A stretch of DNA of 64,000 bases from an uncultured Desulfospira sp. (lineage in GTDB: Bacteria > Desulfobacterota > Desulfobacteria > Desulfobacterales > Desulfobacteraceae). Positions 9,849 through 20,000 of the stretch are shown here, in pieces. Numbering within the stretch: position 1 is the stretch's first letter; every line of letters begins with the position of its first letter. The notes under the pieces were generated by a model. That model was not told where the DNA came from. It was given only the letters and a program-made list of their open reading frames with translations, and searched no databases. The stretch is from positions 160,001 to 224,000 of the forward strand of contig OY760175.1 of the NCBI GenBank assembly GCA_963663165.1, given 5' to 3'. A program made the translations under genes and the position numbers.

Positions 9849-11024
9849 CTAATGAAAGGGATTTTGACTGAATGTCAATGCCAGATCGGCCCCCTTTGCA
9901 TGGGATTCTATCTGTAATGGTCCGGGCCATTGGATTTCGATCCGTGTCAGGTCCTGGCCGTCTGTCGGAACAAGATTGATAAACCCCTGGTGGGCCTTGA
10001 CGGTGAGCATGGCTGAGTAGGTGCCAAGCCCTGTGCCGTTCTTTTTGCCTGCGGTTACAAATTTTTCAAAAAACCGTTCCCGGATGCTTTCGGGTACAGG
10101 ACCCTGGTTCTCGATAACGATTAAAGGATTTTCAGGCCGGCTCAATCTTATGCCAACCTTTCCCTGACGGGGCGATGCTTCCAGGGCATTGGTGACCAGG
10201 TTGCTCACCATGGAGTAAAAAAGCATGTGGTCGCACAGAATTATAAATTGGTCATCTTTATCCCTTGGATGATCGTTAACCATAATCCGGACATTCAGTT
10301 CCATGCGCTGGGTCAGACAGTGGTTTCCCAGCAAAACCTGGTCCAGCATCGGCAGGATGTCGGTCTCTTCAATCTTAAGGTGATATAAGCCGTTTTCCAG
10401 TTTATACAGGCTCAAAGACTGATTGAGCATGTTAAGCATGGTGTAGCAGGTTTTGATCTGTTTGCCGGCCACGGCCTTGAGCTTCTCAAAGCCCATGGCC
10501 GGATTAACGGATATCAACTGTGCTGTTGCCAGGATAACCTGAAGGGGATTTTTTAAATCGTGCCGGGTGATTTGTTCCACCTGGGCCCTTAACTTAAGGT
10601 TTTCGCAAAGCAGATCATTCTGGCGTTTAAGTTCTTTTCTGGCCTGGGCCAGTTCCAGGTGGGTTTTTACCCGGGCGCTCACCACGGAAGGACTGAATGG
10701 CTTGATGATATAGTCAACCGCGCCAAGCTCAAATCCGCGGGTTTCATCTCCTTCGCGGGACAGGCTGGTTACAAAAAGGACCGGGATATCCTTTAAGCCG
10801 GGATCCTTTTTGATCCTTTTGCAGACTTCGTAGCCGTCCATCCGGGGCATTAGAATATCCAGGATCACAAGGTCCGGCTTTTCTTTGCCAATGGCCTCAA
10901 GTGCCTGGATTCCGTTGGTGGCCGCACTGACCTGATACAGGCCCCCAAGGACATTTACAAGGATATCTAAATTGGCCGGGACATCGTCCACCACCAGTAT
11001 CCGCTTTTCAGACAAGGATGACAT
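9849..11024 (-). CDS. Hybrid response regulator/histidine kinase (REC-HisKA-HATPase)
   Basis: ILVVDD, DILMP, KPF; HDLKNPL; NLVTNALEA, GTGLG. Confidence 0.9.
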   Translation of the reverse strand: MSSLSEKRILVVDDVPANLDILVNVLGGLYQVSAATNGIQALEAIGKEKPDLVILDILMPRMDGYEVCKRIKKDPGLKDIPVLFVTSLSREGDETRGFELGAVDYIIKPFSPSVVSARVKTHLELAQARKELKRQNDLLCENLKLRAQVEQITRHDLKNPLQVILATAQLISVNPAMGFEKLKAVAGKQIKTCYTMLNMLNQSLSLYKLENGLYHLKIEETDILPMLDQVLLGNHCLTQRMELNVRIMVNDHPRDKDDQFIILCDHMLFYSMVSNLVTNALEASPRQGKVGIRLSRPENPLIVIENQGPVPESIRERFFEKFVTAGKKNGTGLGTYSAMLTVKAHQGFINLVPTDGQDLTRIEIQWPGPLQIESHAKGADLALTFSQNPFH

Positions 11025-11169
11025 CTTATCTCCTGTTCGCAAGGCCGGGTGTGATAGAATTTTTTATATGCGAAGTCTCTCTAATACCCTGAAATGACGT
11101 TGATTTTCTATAATAGGCGAAGTGAGGGGGTAAATCAAGCTTTCTTTAGAGGCCGTTATTCTTCCGTAT

Positions 11170-11496
11170 TTAATTTTCTTTTTTGTTTTCAAGCACCGTG
11201 TCCATTCTTGCCAGAAAATCGTTATAGGACTGCTGGGAACAGGTGCCGTCAAAGATTTCGTTAGCAAAGGCAACATGCTGCTTATTATGAAGGCCAATCC
11301 AGCCGTACAGGCGGTGGCCGCCTTTGGAACCGGCTTCTTCAGCTCCGAAGGCCAGGTAAATATGGCCGTTTTCACAATGCCGGGGGCGGGGCACAATCTC
11401 GGCTGCCTGGCCCTTGTAATAACAATCATGTTGCCCGCCGTCGGCGGTGAGCCAGTAATCATCGGGGTTTTCTGTGGTTTTCAGGACAATGCCCAC
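11170..11496 (-). CDS. Hypothetical protein, possibly a gene fragment
   Basis: 108-aa ORF, GTG start with no clear RBS, in frame with the upstream yajD stop. Confidence 0.4.
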   Translation of the reverse strand: MGIVLKTTENPDDYWLTADGGQHDCYYKGQAAEIVPRPRHCENGHIYLAFGAEEAGSKGGHRLYGWIGLHNKQHVAFANEIFDGTCSQQSYNDFLARMDTVLENKKEN

Positions 11497-11544
11497 GGCG
11501 CGGTAATATGTACCGCTATCCCGCGTTTCCGGCCGGCAGAAAGG

Positions 11545-11904
11545 TTACAATTTGCCTTTTAACATATCTGCAAGCCCTGCAAACGGATTGGTGGAGCCGC
11601 CGGAGTCTGCGGTACTCCCGGCCACTTCATCGGAATAGGCATCAGCAACCTGGTCCCGGGAATGTTCGTTGTCGTGGCAATAGATACAAAGCAGTTCCCA
11701 GTTGCTCCCATCCGGCGGGTTATTGTCGTGGTTATGGTCTTTATGGTGAACAGTAAGTTCCTTGACTCGTTTGCCTTCAAATTCACGTCCGCAGTGGGCA
11801 CAGATCCAGGGGAACATCTTAAGGGCACGCTCCCGGTAGCCAGCCTGGCGGGACTGTTGTTCTTTTAACACTTTCTGAATAAGGTTTTCTTCTTTCTTAG
11901 ACAT
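11545..11904 (-). CDS. yajD: YajD family HNH nuclease
   Basis: YRERALK.FPWICAHCGREF...LTVHHKDHNHDNNPPDGSNWELLCIYCHDNEH; start at MSKKEE with RBS AGGAG. Confidence 0.88.
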   Translation of the reverse strand: MSKKEENLIQKVLKEQQSRQAGYRERALKMFPWICAHCGREFEGKRVKELTVHHKDHNHDNNPPDGSNWELLCIYCHDNEHSRDQVADAYSDEVAGSTADSGGSTNPFAGLADMLKGKL

Positions 11905-12129
11905 ATGATCTACTCCTGTTTTTTGGGCCTGGACCGGGGTTAAGGTTTCTTTTCCTGACCTGAAATAAATTTTTCGTTCCAGGGCATCTGTTTTTTTCGC
12001 CGGCGGTGTCAAAATCAAAGGGAAACTGGCCGAGGCTCAAATCACTGTTTTTTCATGGGGGGTGAAAAATGAATCCAGGGGACGTTACGACGCTGTGAAG
12101 CCGGATAAAGTCCCCCGGAGTTTATGCTG

Positions 12130-12191
12130 GTGTTTGAACGAAAAGTCACCCATCCGCTGTGTTGCAGAAAAACCTGCATCCGGGCAGCTTT
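12130..12191 (-). repeat. Internally deleted copy of the ~122-bp structured repeat
   Basis: Reverse complement keeps both arms (GCCCGGATGCA and TTTTTCTGCAACACAGCGGATGGGTGACTTTTCGTTCAAACAC) seen at 26091 and 46505. Confidence 0.8.
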
Positions 12192-12282
12192 GTGAGATAA
12201 ATCTCCTCTGCGAGCCGCCCCAACACGGGTTTTCCTTCAGGCAGTATGTTAAGATAAGGGCTTTCCTTGCGTGTGTAAGGGG

Positions 12283-12864
12283 TTATAATCCCAAAAGCCC
12301 TTTGCGGACCTTTTCATCGGCGTTCTCCCCGACATTATACCGGTAGTACATCTGGGCAAAGGTAGCGCCGGGAATGGTGCCCTTGACCTGGCCCTGGTAG
12401 GTCAGGGTAAGCCCCTTGCCCGGTACGTAAAGGGATTCCGAGGTCAGGCCCGGCTTCATGTCCTTGTCCAGCCAGGAAGCGTATTTCTCAATGTCCGCCT
12501 GGTTGGCCTCCACCAGGTCCTTGGGGTTTCCCTTTTCCATTAATTCCACAAATCCTTCGCTGATTTTTTTGGCCGTGGCTTTGCTGGTCAGGTAGTGGGT
12601 GAGCATGTATTTGACCTGCTCGGATTCGATCAGTTCCTTGGCATCCTTGGTGGGATGTTCAAGATAGAGGCCCACGGCATAGACCTTCACGAAGCCCAGT
12701 TTCTTCAGGTAGGAAACGCCGTTGAGCGTGAGTTTTTTACCGTCAATGGTTTTTTCGCCGGGAAACTTCACCCCTAGAATCTCCATGTCGCCGGCATGTC
12801 CCACTGCTCCGGTAAACAAGAAAACAACAACCAGTACTGCCAACACAACACCATGTCGCTTCAT
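12283..12864 (-). CDS. Chalcone isomerase-like family exported protein
   Basis: Signal peptide; GVKFP...L.LNG....FVKVYAVGLYL; ends KGLLG. Confidence 0.8.
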   Translation of the reverse strand: MKRHGVVLAVLVVVFLFTGAVGHAGDMEILGVKFPGEKTIDGKKLTLNGVSYLKKLGFVKVYAVGLYLEHPTKDAKELIESEQVKYMLTHYLTSKATAKKISEGFVELMEKGNPKDLVEANQADIEKYASWLDKDMKPGLTSESLYVPGKGLTLTYQGQVKGTIPGATFAQMYYRYNVGENADEKVRKGLLGL

Positions 12865-13054
12865 TTTCCTCTCCTTTTAAGTTTTAAACGTTTCGGTCAG
12901 CTGTCCTCCGATATAGGATAGACCTTCGTTTTTGTCAATCAAACAAAGTATGAAAAAATCAAACCGGGTTATTGTTTATGGGAAACGGACTTATATATTC
13001 AGCCTTGCTGTTAATTGGGCTCCAGCCAATGAATTTGATTAAGCGCCGGATTTC

Positions 13055-14215
13055 CTACAGCGTGTTGAAAGCGGCCAGGATATGGGCAAAGAGCAGGGAA
13101 CGGGAAATCAGGCTGTATTTGATGATATATTCATCTTCACTGTGGTCTTTGGCCCCTATGGGGCCTAATCCGTCAATGACCGGAATACCGGCAAGGGCAA
13201 TATTGTTGGCATCCGACACGCCCTGGCGAAGTTCTTCTACTACGGGAACGCCGATGGTGGCCCCAATTTTCTGGATTCGGTTGAACAGGTCTTTATTGGC
13301 CCGGGTCTGGGGCATGGCCGGCCGGGAAGAAACGGTGTTAAGGGTGCAAACGGTATGGGGGGTGGTCTGCTCTTTGACAATGCGGTTGATCTGGGTTTTT
13401 ATTTGTTCCGCGTCCAGGTCTGTTAAAAACCTGAAATCCAGGGAAGCACTGGCATGTTCAGCAACGGTGTTGGAGCCTAACCCGCCGTTTACAGTGCCCA
13501 CATTGGCTGAAATTCCTTTTTCAGGCTGGTTGAGATGTTCTATGGCAATGGTTTTTCTGGCCAGTTCCAGGATGGCACTGGCCTTGTTTTTCCCGGCAAA
13601 TGCGGCATGGCCGGCTTCCCCTTTTATGGCAAGATCCAGGGCCAGGTTGCCTTTACGGCCGGTTACAATTTCATTGGACAGGCCGCCGGCCTCAAGCACA
13701 AAGGCCGCCCGGCTTTGTTGGGCTTCTTTAAAAATAAGTTCCCGGGAACTTGGGGAGCCGATTTCTTCGTCAGGGTTGAAAACAAAGCAAAGGGGCAGGG
13801 TGTCCAGCCGGCCTGTATGCAACAGGGCCTTGATGGCATGAATGCCCACCACAAGCCCGCCCTTCATGTCTGCCGTACCGGGGCCGTAACAGCAGTTGCT
13901 GTCTTCCCGGTAAAAGTTAAATGAAGTGTTTTCAGGAAATACCGTGTCCATGTGGCCGGTGATCAGGATCTGGCTTTTGTCGGCTTTTCGGGCTGTGCAG
14001 GCCGGGCTCCGGGCAATAAGGGTGTCGCCGAAAACCGGGGATGGGCTGATCTCACAGGCAAATCCCATGGCCGCCATTTCTTTTTTGATTCTTGCCCCCA
14101 CCCGGTCCACCCCGGATTTGTTCCGGGAGCCGCTCTGGATCAGGACCAGTTCTTCCAGGAGTTGGAATGCCTCAACTGCGTGATCATACAGATACGATTT
14201 TATATCAGATGTCAT
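13055..14215 (-). CDS. M20 family metallopeptidase (carboxypeptidase G2-like)
   Basis: GHMDTVFP, GPGTADMKGG, DEEIGS, GHA, SDAN, DGLGPIG..HS.DE. Confidence 0.9.
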   Translation of the reverse strand: MTSDIKSYLYDHAVEAFQLLEELVLIQSGSRNKSGVDRVGARIKKEMAAMGFACEISPSPVFGDTLIARSPACTARKADKSQILITGHMDTVFPENTSFNFYREDSNCCYGPGTADMKGGLVVGIHAIKALLHTGRLDTLPLCFVFNPDEEIGSPSSRELIFKEAQQSRAAFVLEAGGLSNEIVTGRKGNLALDLAIKGEAGHAAFAGKNKASAILELARKTIAIEHLNQPEKGISANVGTVNGGLGSNTVAEHASASLDFRFLTDLDAEQIKTQINRIVKEQTTPHTVCTLNTVSSRPAMPQTRANKDLFNRIQKIGATIGVPVVEELRQGVSDANNIALAGIPVIDGLGPIGAKDHSEDEYIIKYSLISRSLLFAHILAAFNTL

Positions 14216-14514
14216 GAATTCCCCCTGCCTTGAGATTTGTTTCCGGCCATGATCCAGGCTATAGCCCACAAAAGGGCCACCGGAAGGATGCCGATGGCGA
14301 TAAAGGCAATCAGATTATCTTCCCATGGCTTCAGCATCAGTGCGGCCGCAACCGGAACCAGAATACTGGCCACAATACCGGCACGAAGTTTGACTGAAAT
14401 TTTTTTGGGTGACATCCTGGCCTCCCTTTTCGGGGCAGGGGCCATCATTCTCGGAATAATGAACACCAGTCCGATCAACAAAATTAAAATCAGGATTTCA
14501 CTTATGCCGGTCAA
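14212..14514 (-). CDS. Small membrane protein (3 predicted TM helices)
   Basis: Hydrophobic segments; stop overlaps the next start (ATGA). Confidence 0.65.
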   Translation of the reverse strand: MTGISEILILILLIGLVFIIPRMMAPAPKREARMSPKKISVKLRAGIVASILVPVAAALMLKPWEDNLIAFIAIGILPVALLWAIAWIMAGNKSQGRGNS

Positions 14515-14599
14515 ACTTTATATCCTTTGTATTTAGCCTTTAGACTTAAGACGGAAAGTCTTTTAATGATACTCAAGTCTCAAGTCCCAAGTCTAAAGT

Positions 14600-15952
14600 C
14601 TATGCATCAAACAACGCATTAATAAACAGCTTGGCGTCAAATTCCTGGAGATCCTCGATGCCTTCACCAACGCCGATGTATGAAATGGGAATGTTCATTG
14701 AACTTGAAACCGCTGCAACAATGCCGCCTTTGGCAGTGCCGTCCAGTTTGGTTAAAGCGATCTGGGACAGGCCCACGGCTTCGTTAAAGATTTTTGCCTG
14801 GGACACGGCGTTCTGCCCGGTAGTGGCATCTAAGACCATGAGAATTTCATGGGGTGCGCCGTTCATTTTTTTGGCCACGGTCCGCTTGATCTTTTTGAGT
14901 TCTTCCATCAGGTTCTTCTGGGTATGAAGGCGTCCGGCCGTATCAATGAGCAGGACATCTATCCCCCTGGCCATGGACGCCTCAACCGCGTCATAGGCCA
15001 CCGCCGCAGGGTCGGCGCCTTCCCTGTGCTTGACAATGGATGCATTGGACCGCTCAGCCCAGATTTCAACCTGTTCAATGGCGGCCGCCCTGAAGGTATC
15101 GGCTGCCGCAATCAGGACCTTTTTCCCCTGCCGGGTATACTTCATGGCAAGCTTGCCCAGGGTTGTGGTTTTGCCGGTGCCGTTTACCCCGACCATCATG
15201 ATCACCTGGGGTTTGGGCAATGCCACAGGGCAGCTTTTCTCCTGCTCTGTCTGAAATAGGGAAATTAGTTCTTCTTTGAGGACCTGCTTCAATTCCTCGG
15301 CACCGGACAGCCGTTTGGCCTTTTTCCGGATCCGTTCCATGATTTCCATGGTGATATCAATGCCCAGATCCGAGGTGATTAAAAGTTCCTCAAGCTCTTC
15401 AAACAGGTCATCGTCAATGGCTTTGGCTGAGATGAACAGATCGTTGATATCCGTTGTCAGGATATCCCGGGTTTTTTTAAGGCCGGATTTCAGACGGGAA
15501 AACAGGCCGCTGCTTTCGGTTTTATCCTCAGGGGGCTCCTGAGCTTCCCGTGCCAGTCTTTCCTGTTCAGCGCGTTCCCGTTCGAGTCTTTCCTGTTCAG
15601 CGCGTTCCCGTTCGAGTCTTTCCTGTTCAGCGCACTCCCGTTCGAGTCTTTCCTGTTCGGCGCGTTCCCGTTCCAGGCGCTCCTGCTCGGCGCGTTCCTG
15701 TTCCAGGCGTTCCTGCTCGGCGCGTTCCCGTTCCAGGCGTTCCTGCTCGGCGCGTTCCCGTTCCAGGCGTTCCTGCTCGGCGCGTTCCCGTTCCAGGCGT
15801 TCCTGCTCGGCGCGTTCCCGTTCCAGGCGTTCCTGCTCGGCACGTTCCCGTTCCAGGCGTTCCTGCTCGGCACGTTCCTGTTCCAGCCTTTCCTGCTCAA
15901 CACGCTCTTGTTCTTTTTTTTGTTTTCTTTTTTTAAACAGATCGAAAATCAA
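14600..15952 (-). CDS. ftsY: Signal recognition particle receptor FtsY
   Basis: [32 protein letters not shown]. Confidence 0.97.
   Translation of the reverse strand: MIFDLFKKRKQKKEQERVEQERLEQERAEQERLERERAEQERLERERAEQERLERERAEQERLERERAEQERLERERAEQERLEQERAEQERLERERAEQERLERECAEQERLERERAEQERLERERAEQERLAREAQEPPEDKTESSGLFSRLKSGLKKTRDILTTDINDLFISAKAIDDDLFEELEELLITSDLGIDITMEIMERIRKKAKRLSGAEELKQVLKEELISLFQTEQEKSCPVALPKPQVIMMVGVNGTGKTTTLGKLAMKYTRQGKKVLIAAADTFRAAAIEQVEIWAERSNASIVKHREGADPAAVAYDAVEASMARGIDVLLIDTAGRLHTQKNLMEELKKIKRTVAKKMNGAPHEILMVLDATTGQNAVSQAKIFNEAVGLSQIALTKLDGTAKGGIVAAVSSSMNIPISYIGVGEGIEDLQEFDAKLFINALFDA
15554..15913 (-). repeat. 12 x 30-bp in-frame tandem repeat encoding [10 protein letters not shown]
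   Basis: Unit ttcccgttccaggcgttcctgctcggcgcg directly visible, with variants. Confidence 0.97.
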
Positions 15953-16015
15953 TCTTTACTCTCCTATAAGAAATGCAGCCAGTGGAACCGCATTTTCATC
16001 CTTTTTTAGGGGTTT

Positions 16016-16099
16016 GGACTGAAGGATGTTAGACTGAAGGGCTTTAAATACCCTTCGCACTGTGAAAACTTCAGCCTTCAGCCCATCCACCTTCAGCCT
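16016..16099. repeat. GACTGAAG/CTTCAGCC intergenic repeat family, copy 1
   Basis: GACTGAAGGATGTTAGACTGAAGG followed by inverted CTTCAGCC units. Confidence 0.7.
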
Positions 16100-16280
16100 T
16101 TCGTAGTGTTTGCACTTTTACAATTTTACCGGGTCAGAATCAAGCACAAGATTTTTGGGTTTACTTTATGGGCGGCAACCGTTAAAAATAGGACATCAAG
16201 TCAGAATGCCGAATCTAAGCTGCGGCTAACAGCTAAGAGCTAAAAATAGCTAAAAGCTTCCAGATAAACGGGAGGTATAC

Positions 16281-17720
16281 ATGGTAGAGCCTTTAGATAA
16301 GAAAATCGCTTTGCTTGAAGACCAGCTTAAAAAGCAAATTGCTCAAAAAGATAAGCTGGTTAAGGAATTAGATGAATTTGAGGAACAGACCCGGGAAAAA
16401 GACCGGCTGTATGCAAAATATATCCCCCTGATCATTGATATGGTTGTCCAGGACGAGGAGTCTTCATTTGGCCAGGCCTGCAAGGAGATCAGTGCCGGCA
16501 TGAAAAAGGGAACCTCCACGGCCAAAATGTCCTATGTCTTTGAGCAGTTGAAAACGGCAATGATCAAAGAAGATATCGGACCGGTGGTATTTAAAAAGAA
16601 AAAAGGGGTGTTTGCTTCCATTAAAAAATCTGCGGCTGATTTTTTTGTGGAGGACTTTAAAAAGGATTACCATGAGCTGCTCAATGAACTTAAGTCCTGC
16701 CTGGACAAGTCCTATGATCTAAGGCTCAATGAAGTTTCCAAAGGGCTTGTTGAACTGTCTGATTCCGCAGATATCACCCAGGTCCGGGAAAAAATTTTCA
16801 GCTTAATCATTGACTATATATCCGATACCAGCAAAGACCGGGAAAAAGTCAATTCCTTTGTTCTTGAGATTGTCGACAAGATACTGAAAATTGAATCCAA
16901 ACTCATTATTTCCCACGAACAGACCCGGGCCATTGCCAAAACCGGGCAGGGGTTTGAAGATGCCCTTACAAGTGAATTGGGGGAATTGAAAAAAAATACC
17001 GATATAGCCCAGAGCCTTGACGCCCTCAAGTCCCAGATTACAGAGCGGCTGACCTCCATTGACATGGCCCTGGTCAAGAAACAGAAAACCGAAAAGGCCA
17101 TTCACGATGTGGCCCGCAAAAATGTGGATGCCTTTAAAAGCAGCTTTGTAAAATTGAAAAAAGAACTGGATGAAGCGGTCCGCCATTCTGAGGAACTTGA
17201 AAAGAAACTCAACCGGGATCAGCTGACCGGTGCCTTTAACCGTCGGGCCTATGACCGGAAAATTTTAGAGGAAATGGACCGCTTTAAACGGTATGGCTCT
17301 GTTTTTTCCCTTTTGATAATTGATGCGGATAAATTTAAAAATATCAATGACCGGTACGGCCATGCCATTGGGGATAAGTGCTTGAAAGAGATTATCAAAC
17401 GGACCATGCCGTTGCTGCGCACCAACGATATGCTCGCCCGCTACGGGGGAGAGGAGTTTGCCGTCATTATGCCTGAGACCGATGGCCCGGGGGCTGTGAT
17501 CGCCGCTGAAAAGATTAGGAAGACCATTGAAAAGATAGAGTTTTTGTACAAAAACGAAAAGGTGATGGTAACGGTCAGTATCGGGGTCACCCAGGCCGTC
17601 CCCCAGGATGAAACCCACATTCAGGTGTTTGAACGGGCTGACGTTGCCGTGTACAAGGCCAAAGACGGCGGCCGCAATCAGGTGGTGCTCGAAGAAGCCA
17701 AAGAAGCAGACAGTAAATAA
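16281..17720 (+). CDS. Diguanylate cyclase (coiled coil + GGDEF)
   Basis: DQLTGAFNRR, D.DKFK.IND.YGH..GD, RTND (RxxD) five residues before GGEEF. Confidence 0.93.
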   Translation: MVEPLDKKIALLEDQLKKQIAQKDKLVKELDEFEEQTREKDRLYAKYIPLIIDMVVQDEESSFGQACKEISAGMKKGTSTAKMSYVFEQLKTAMIKEDIGPVVFKKKKGVFASIKKSAADFFVEDFKKDYHELLNELKSCLDKSYDLRLNEVSKGLVELSDSADITQVREKIFSLIIDYISDTSKDREKVNSFVLEIVDKILKIESKLIISHEQTRAIAKTGQGFEDALTSELGELKKNTDIAQSLDALKSQITERLTSIDMALVKKQKTEKAIHDVARKNVDAFKSSFVKLKKELDEAVRHSEELEKKLNRDQLTGAFNRRAYDRKILEEMDRFKRYGSVFSLLIIDADKFKNINDRYGHAIGDKCLKEIIKRTMPLLRTNDMLARYGGEEFAVIMPETDGPGAVIAAEKIRKTIEKIEFLYKNEKVMVTVSIGVTQAVPQDETHIQVFERADVAVYKAKDGGRNQVVLEEAKEADSK

Positions 17721-17850
17721 AATTGTAACTATTCAGCTAATGTTGGAAACTAAGCAAAACCAGGGTCCGTAACTGTTCATCAGCGTTCCCGCCTGCAACA
17801 ACGTTCCCCCATTGGACATTTAATATGCATCAGATTGAACAGGAGGCTGC

Positions 17851-19941
17851 ATGAGTCCCCAGGCACAAAAAAGTTCTGCGTCGGTTATGGATCATCCCAT
17901 GATCAGGGAAGCCTTGGCCGGCATCAACCATGAAAATACGGAACGGCGCTCTTTTTCCCCTGAGAAAATTCAGATTTTCAATTCTAAGGCCACCCGGCTG
18001 GAAGAAAAAAAAGAATATCAATTTTTCCTGCATCAGGAGGCGGAACGGCTGCTGCCGGATATTATTAAAAACCATGTCCAGCAGATTGTAGGAGACGACA
18101 GCCCGTCCGGGGATGCCGCAGAAAATTTTGCCCGGAAAAGGCGGATCGGCGTGGTGTTCTCCGGCGGTCCGGCGCCCGGCGGCCATAATGTGATTGCCGG
18201 CCTCTTTGACGCCATGAAATCCTGTCAGGCCCAATCCAGGTTATACGGATTTCTTATGGGGCCTGACGGTATCCTGGAGTCCAGGTTCATTGAAATTACC
18301 CGGGAACTGGTGGATAATTTCAGAAACATGGGCGGGTTTTCCATGATCGGCACGGGAAGGACCAAGATCGATTCCAAAGCCAAAATGGACCGGGCCCTTA
18401 AAACCTGTAAGGATATGAATCTGGACGGCCTGGTCATTATCGGGGGAGACGATTCAAACACCAATGCCGCCTTTCTGGCCCAGCATTTTAAAGCCTCCCG
18501 TATCAGCGTGATCGGGGTTCCCAAGACCATTGACGGGGATATCCAGGTCAAAACCCGGGACAACCAGAGCCTTTGTGCCGTCTCCTTTGGGTTTCACAGC
18601 GCGGCCCGGGGGTTTTCCGAGAACATCAGCAACCTGTGTGCGGATGCGTCTTCAGATAGAAAATACTGGCATGTGTGCAAGGTCATGGGACGGGTGGCCA
18701 GCCACCTGACCCTGGAATGCGCCCTTCAGACTCACGCCAACCTGGCCTTGATCGGCGAGGAGTTAGCCGATTATGTCAATCAGGACCGGCTGGCCCAGGC
18801 TGAAGAACAGGGGCTGACAGATTATAATGCCTTTGGGATTACCCTGCGCCACCTTTCCCGTCTGATCTGCGACATCATTGTCCGGCGGGCGGCTTTTGGG
18901 AAAAATTACGGGGTGATCATCCTGCCCGAAGGCATCCTTGAGTTTATCAACGAAATCCAGGTGTTTATTATTAAACTCAATAAAATTATCGCCGACTACA
19001 ACCGGATTCATGATCTCAGCTTTCATTTGAACTTTCCAACCCTGAAAGACAAACTGGGGTACCTGCGCCACATCAGCCAGGGAATGGTGGACAAATCAGG
19101 GTTCCCCATATGGAATGTCAGGGATGACGAGCTGTTTAACCAGCTGCCCTCCTTTTTTAGAGAAGGGCTTCTGGTGGAAAGAGACCTTCACGGCAATTTC
19201 CAATTTTCCCAGGTTAAAACCGAGAAAATCGTCATGAACATGGTCAAGGAGTACCTTGGGGTATTAAAAGAGCAGGGCCTGTATAAAATCGGCATCGAAA
19301 AAGCCGTCTATCTGTCCTTGATGGCAGATGGGGGGCTGGAACCTGAAGGTTATGCCCATGCCCTGTTTGAAGACCCGAAGGCCGAGTATCTGCTGGTTAA
19401 ACGGTCCATTATCTCATTTAAAACCTTGAAACAGGCCCTGGTATCGGGCAATGTTCTGGATGAAGAAGACCAGACCCCGGGGCCGGTCATTAAAATATTT
19501 GAAAAATCCAGGCCGTCTTTTAAAACCCAGACCCATTTTTACGGATATGACGGCAGGGGGTCGGATCCCACCAATTTCGACTGCAATTACACTTATAACC
19601 TTGGCATGACGGCGTTTCACCTGATTGCAGGACGTGCCACAGGGCAGATGGCCGCCATTAAAAACTTAGAAAAGCCCTTTGAACAATGGGCGCCCATGGG
19701 TATTCCCATCGCCAGGCTCATGCACCTTGAAGAACGAAAGGGAAAATTAGAGCTGGTCATTGAAAAAGCGCTGGTGGATATGGATTCCACCGCCTTTAAG
19801 GTCTATGCCCAGCTCAGGGAGAAATGGGCCGCTGCAGGTTCCGGGCCGGACCTCTACCGGCGGCCCGGTCCCGATCATTTTTCAGGAGAAAAAGAAGCTG
19901 AGCGGCCCATTACTCTGCTGCTGAATTCAATTACCGCCTAA
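17851..19941 (+). CDS. pfp: Pyrophosphate-dependent phosphofructokinase (long form)
   Basis: SGGPAPGGHNVI, GGDDSNTNA, PKTIDGD, VMGR, FYGYDGR; GGDD/PKTID is the PPi-type signature. Confidence 0.9.
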   Translation: MSPQAQKSSASVMDHPMIREALAGINHENTERRSFSPEKIQIFNSKATRLEEKKEYQFFLHQEAERLLPDIIKNHVQQIVGDDSPSGDAAENFARKRRIGVVFSGGPAPGGHNVIAGLFDAMKSCQAQSRLYGFLMGPDGILESRFIEITRELVDNFRNMGGFSMIGTGRTKIDSKAKMDRALKTCKDMNLDGLVIIGGDDSNTNAAFLAQHFKASRISVIGVPKTIDGDIQVKTRDNQSLCAVSFGFHSAARGFSENISNLCADASSDRKYWHVCKVMGRVASHLTLECALQTHANLALIGEELADYVNQDRLAQAEEQGLTDYNAFGITLRHLSRLICDIIVRRAAFGKNYGVIILPEGILEFINEIQVFIIKLNKIIADYNRIHDLSFHLNFPTLKDKLGYLRHISQGMVDKSGFPIWNVRDDELFNQLPSFFREGLLVERDLHGNFQFSQVKTEKIVMNMVKEYLGVLKEQGLYKIGIEKAVYLSLMADGGLEPEGYAHALFEDPKAEYLLVKRSIISFKTLKQALVSGNVLDEEDQTPGPVIKIFEKSRPSFKTQTHFYGYDGRGSDPTNFDCNYTYNLGMTAFHLIAGRATGQMAAIKNLEKPFEQWAPMGIPIARLMHLEERKGKLELVIEKALVDMDSTAFKVYAQLREKWAAAGSGPDLYRRPGPDHFSGEKEAERPITLLLNSITA

Positions 19942-20000
19942 CATTACAACTTGCCGTGAAAAACCTGATGTAGGCCGCAAAACCCTGTGTTTTCGCGGCC

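Noticed and set aside
12972..13841. 289-aa plus-strand ORF and many similar antisense ORFs
   Set aside because: Fully overlap well-supported genes on the opposite strand; no motifs
15554..15913. Possible CRISPR array
   Set aside because: Units are contiguous with no unique spacers and are in frame within ftsY; no cas genes in the window
15490..15936. Alternative-frame repetitive ORFs (15490-15903, 15550-15936)
   Set aside because: Shadows of the stop-free ftsY repeat
17724..17783. GTAACTATTCAG / GTAACTGTTCA IS-end-like motifs
   Set aside because: Direct rather than inverted orientation and no target duplication; too weak to call
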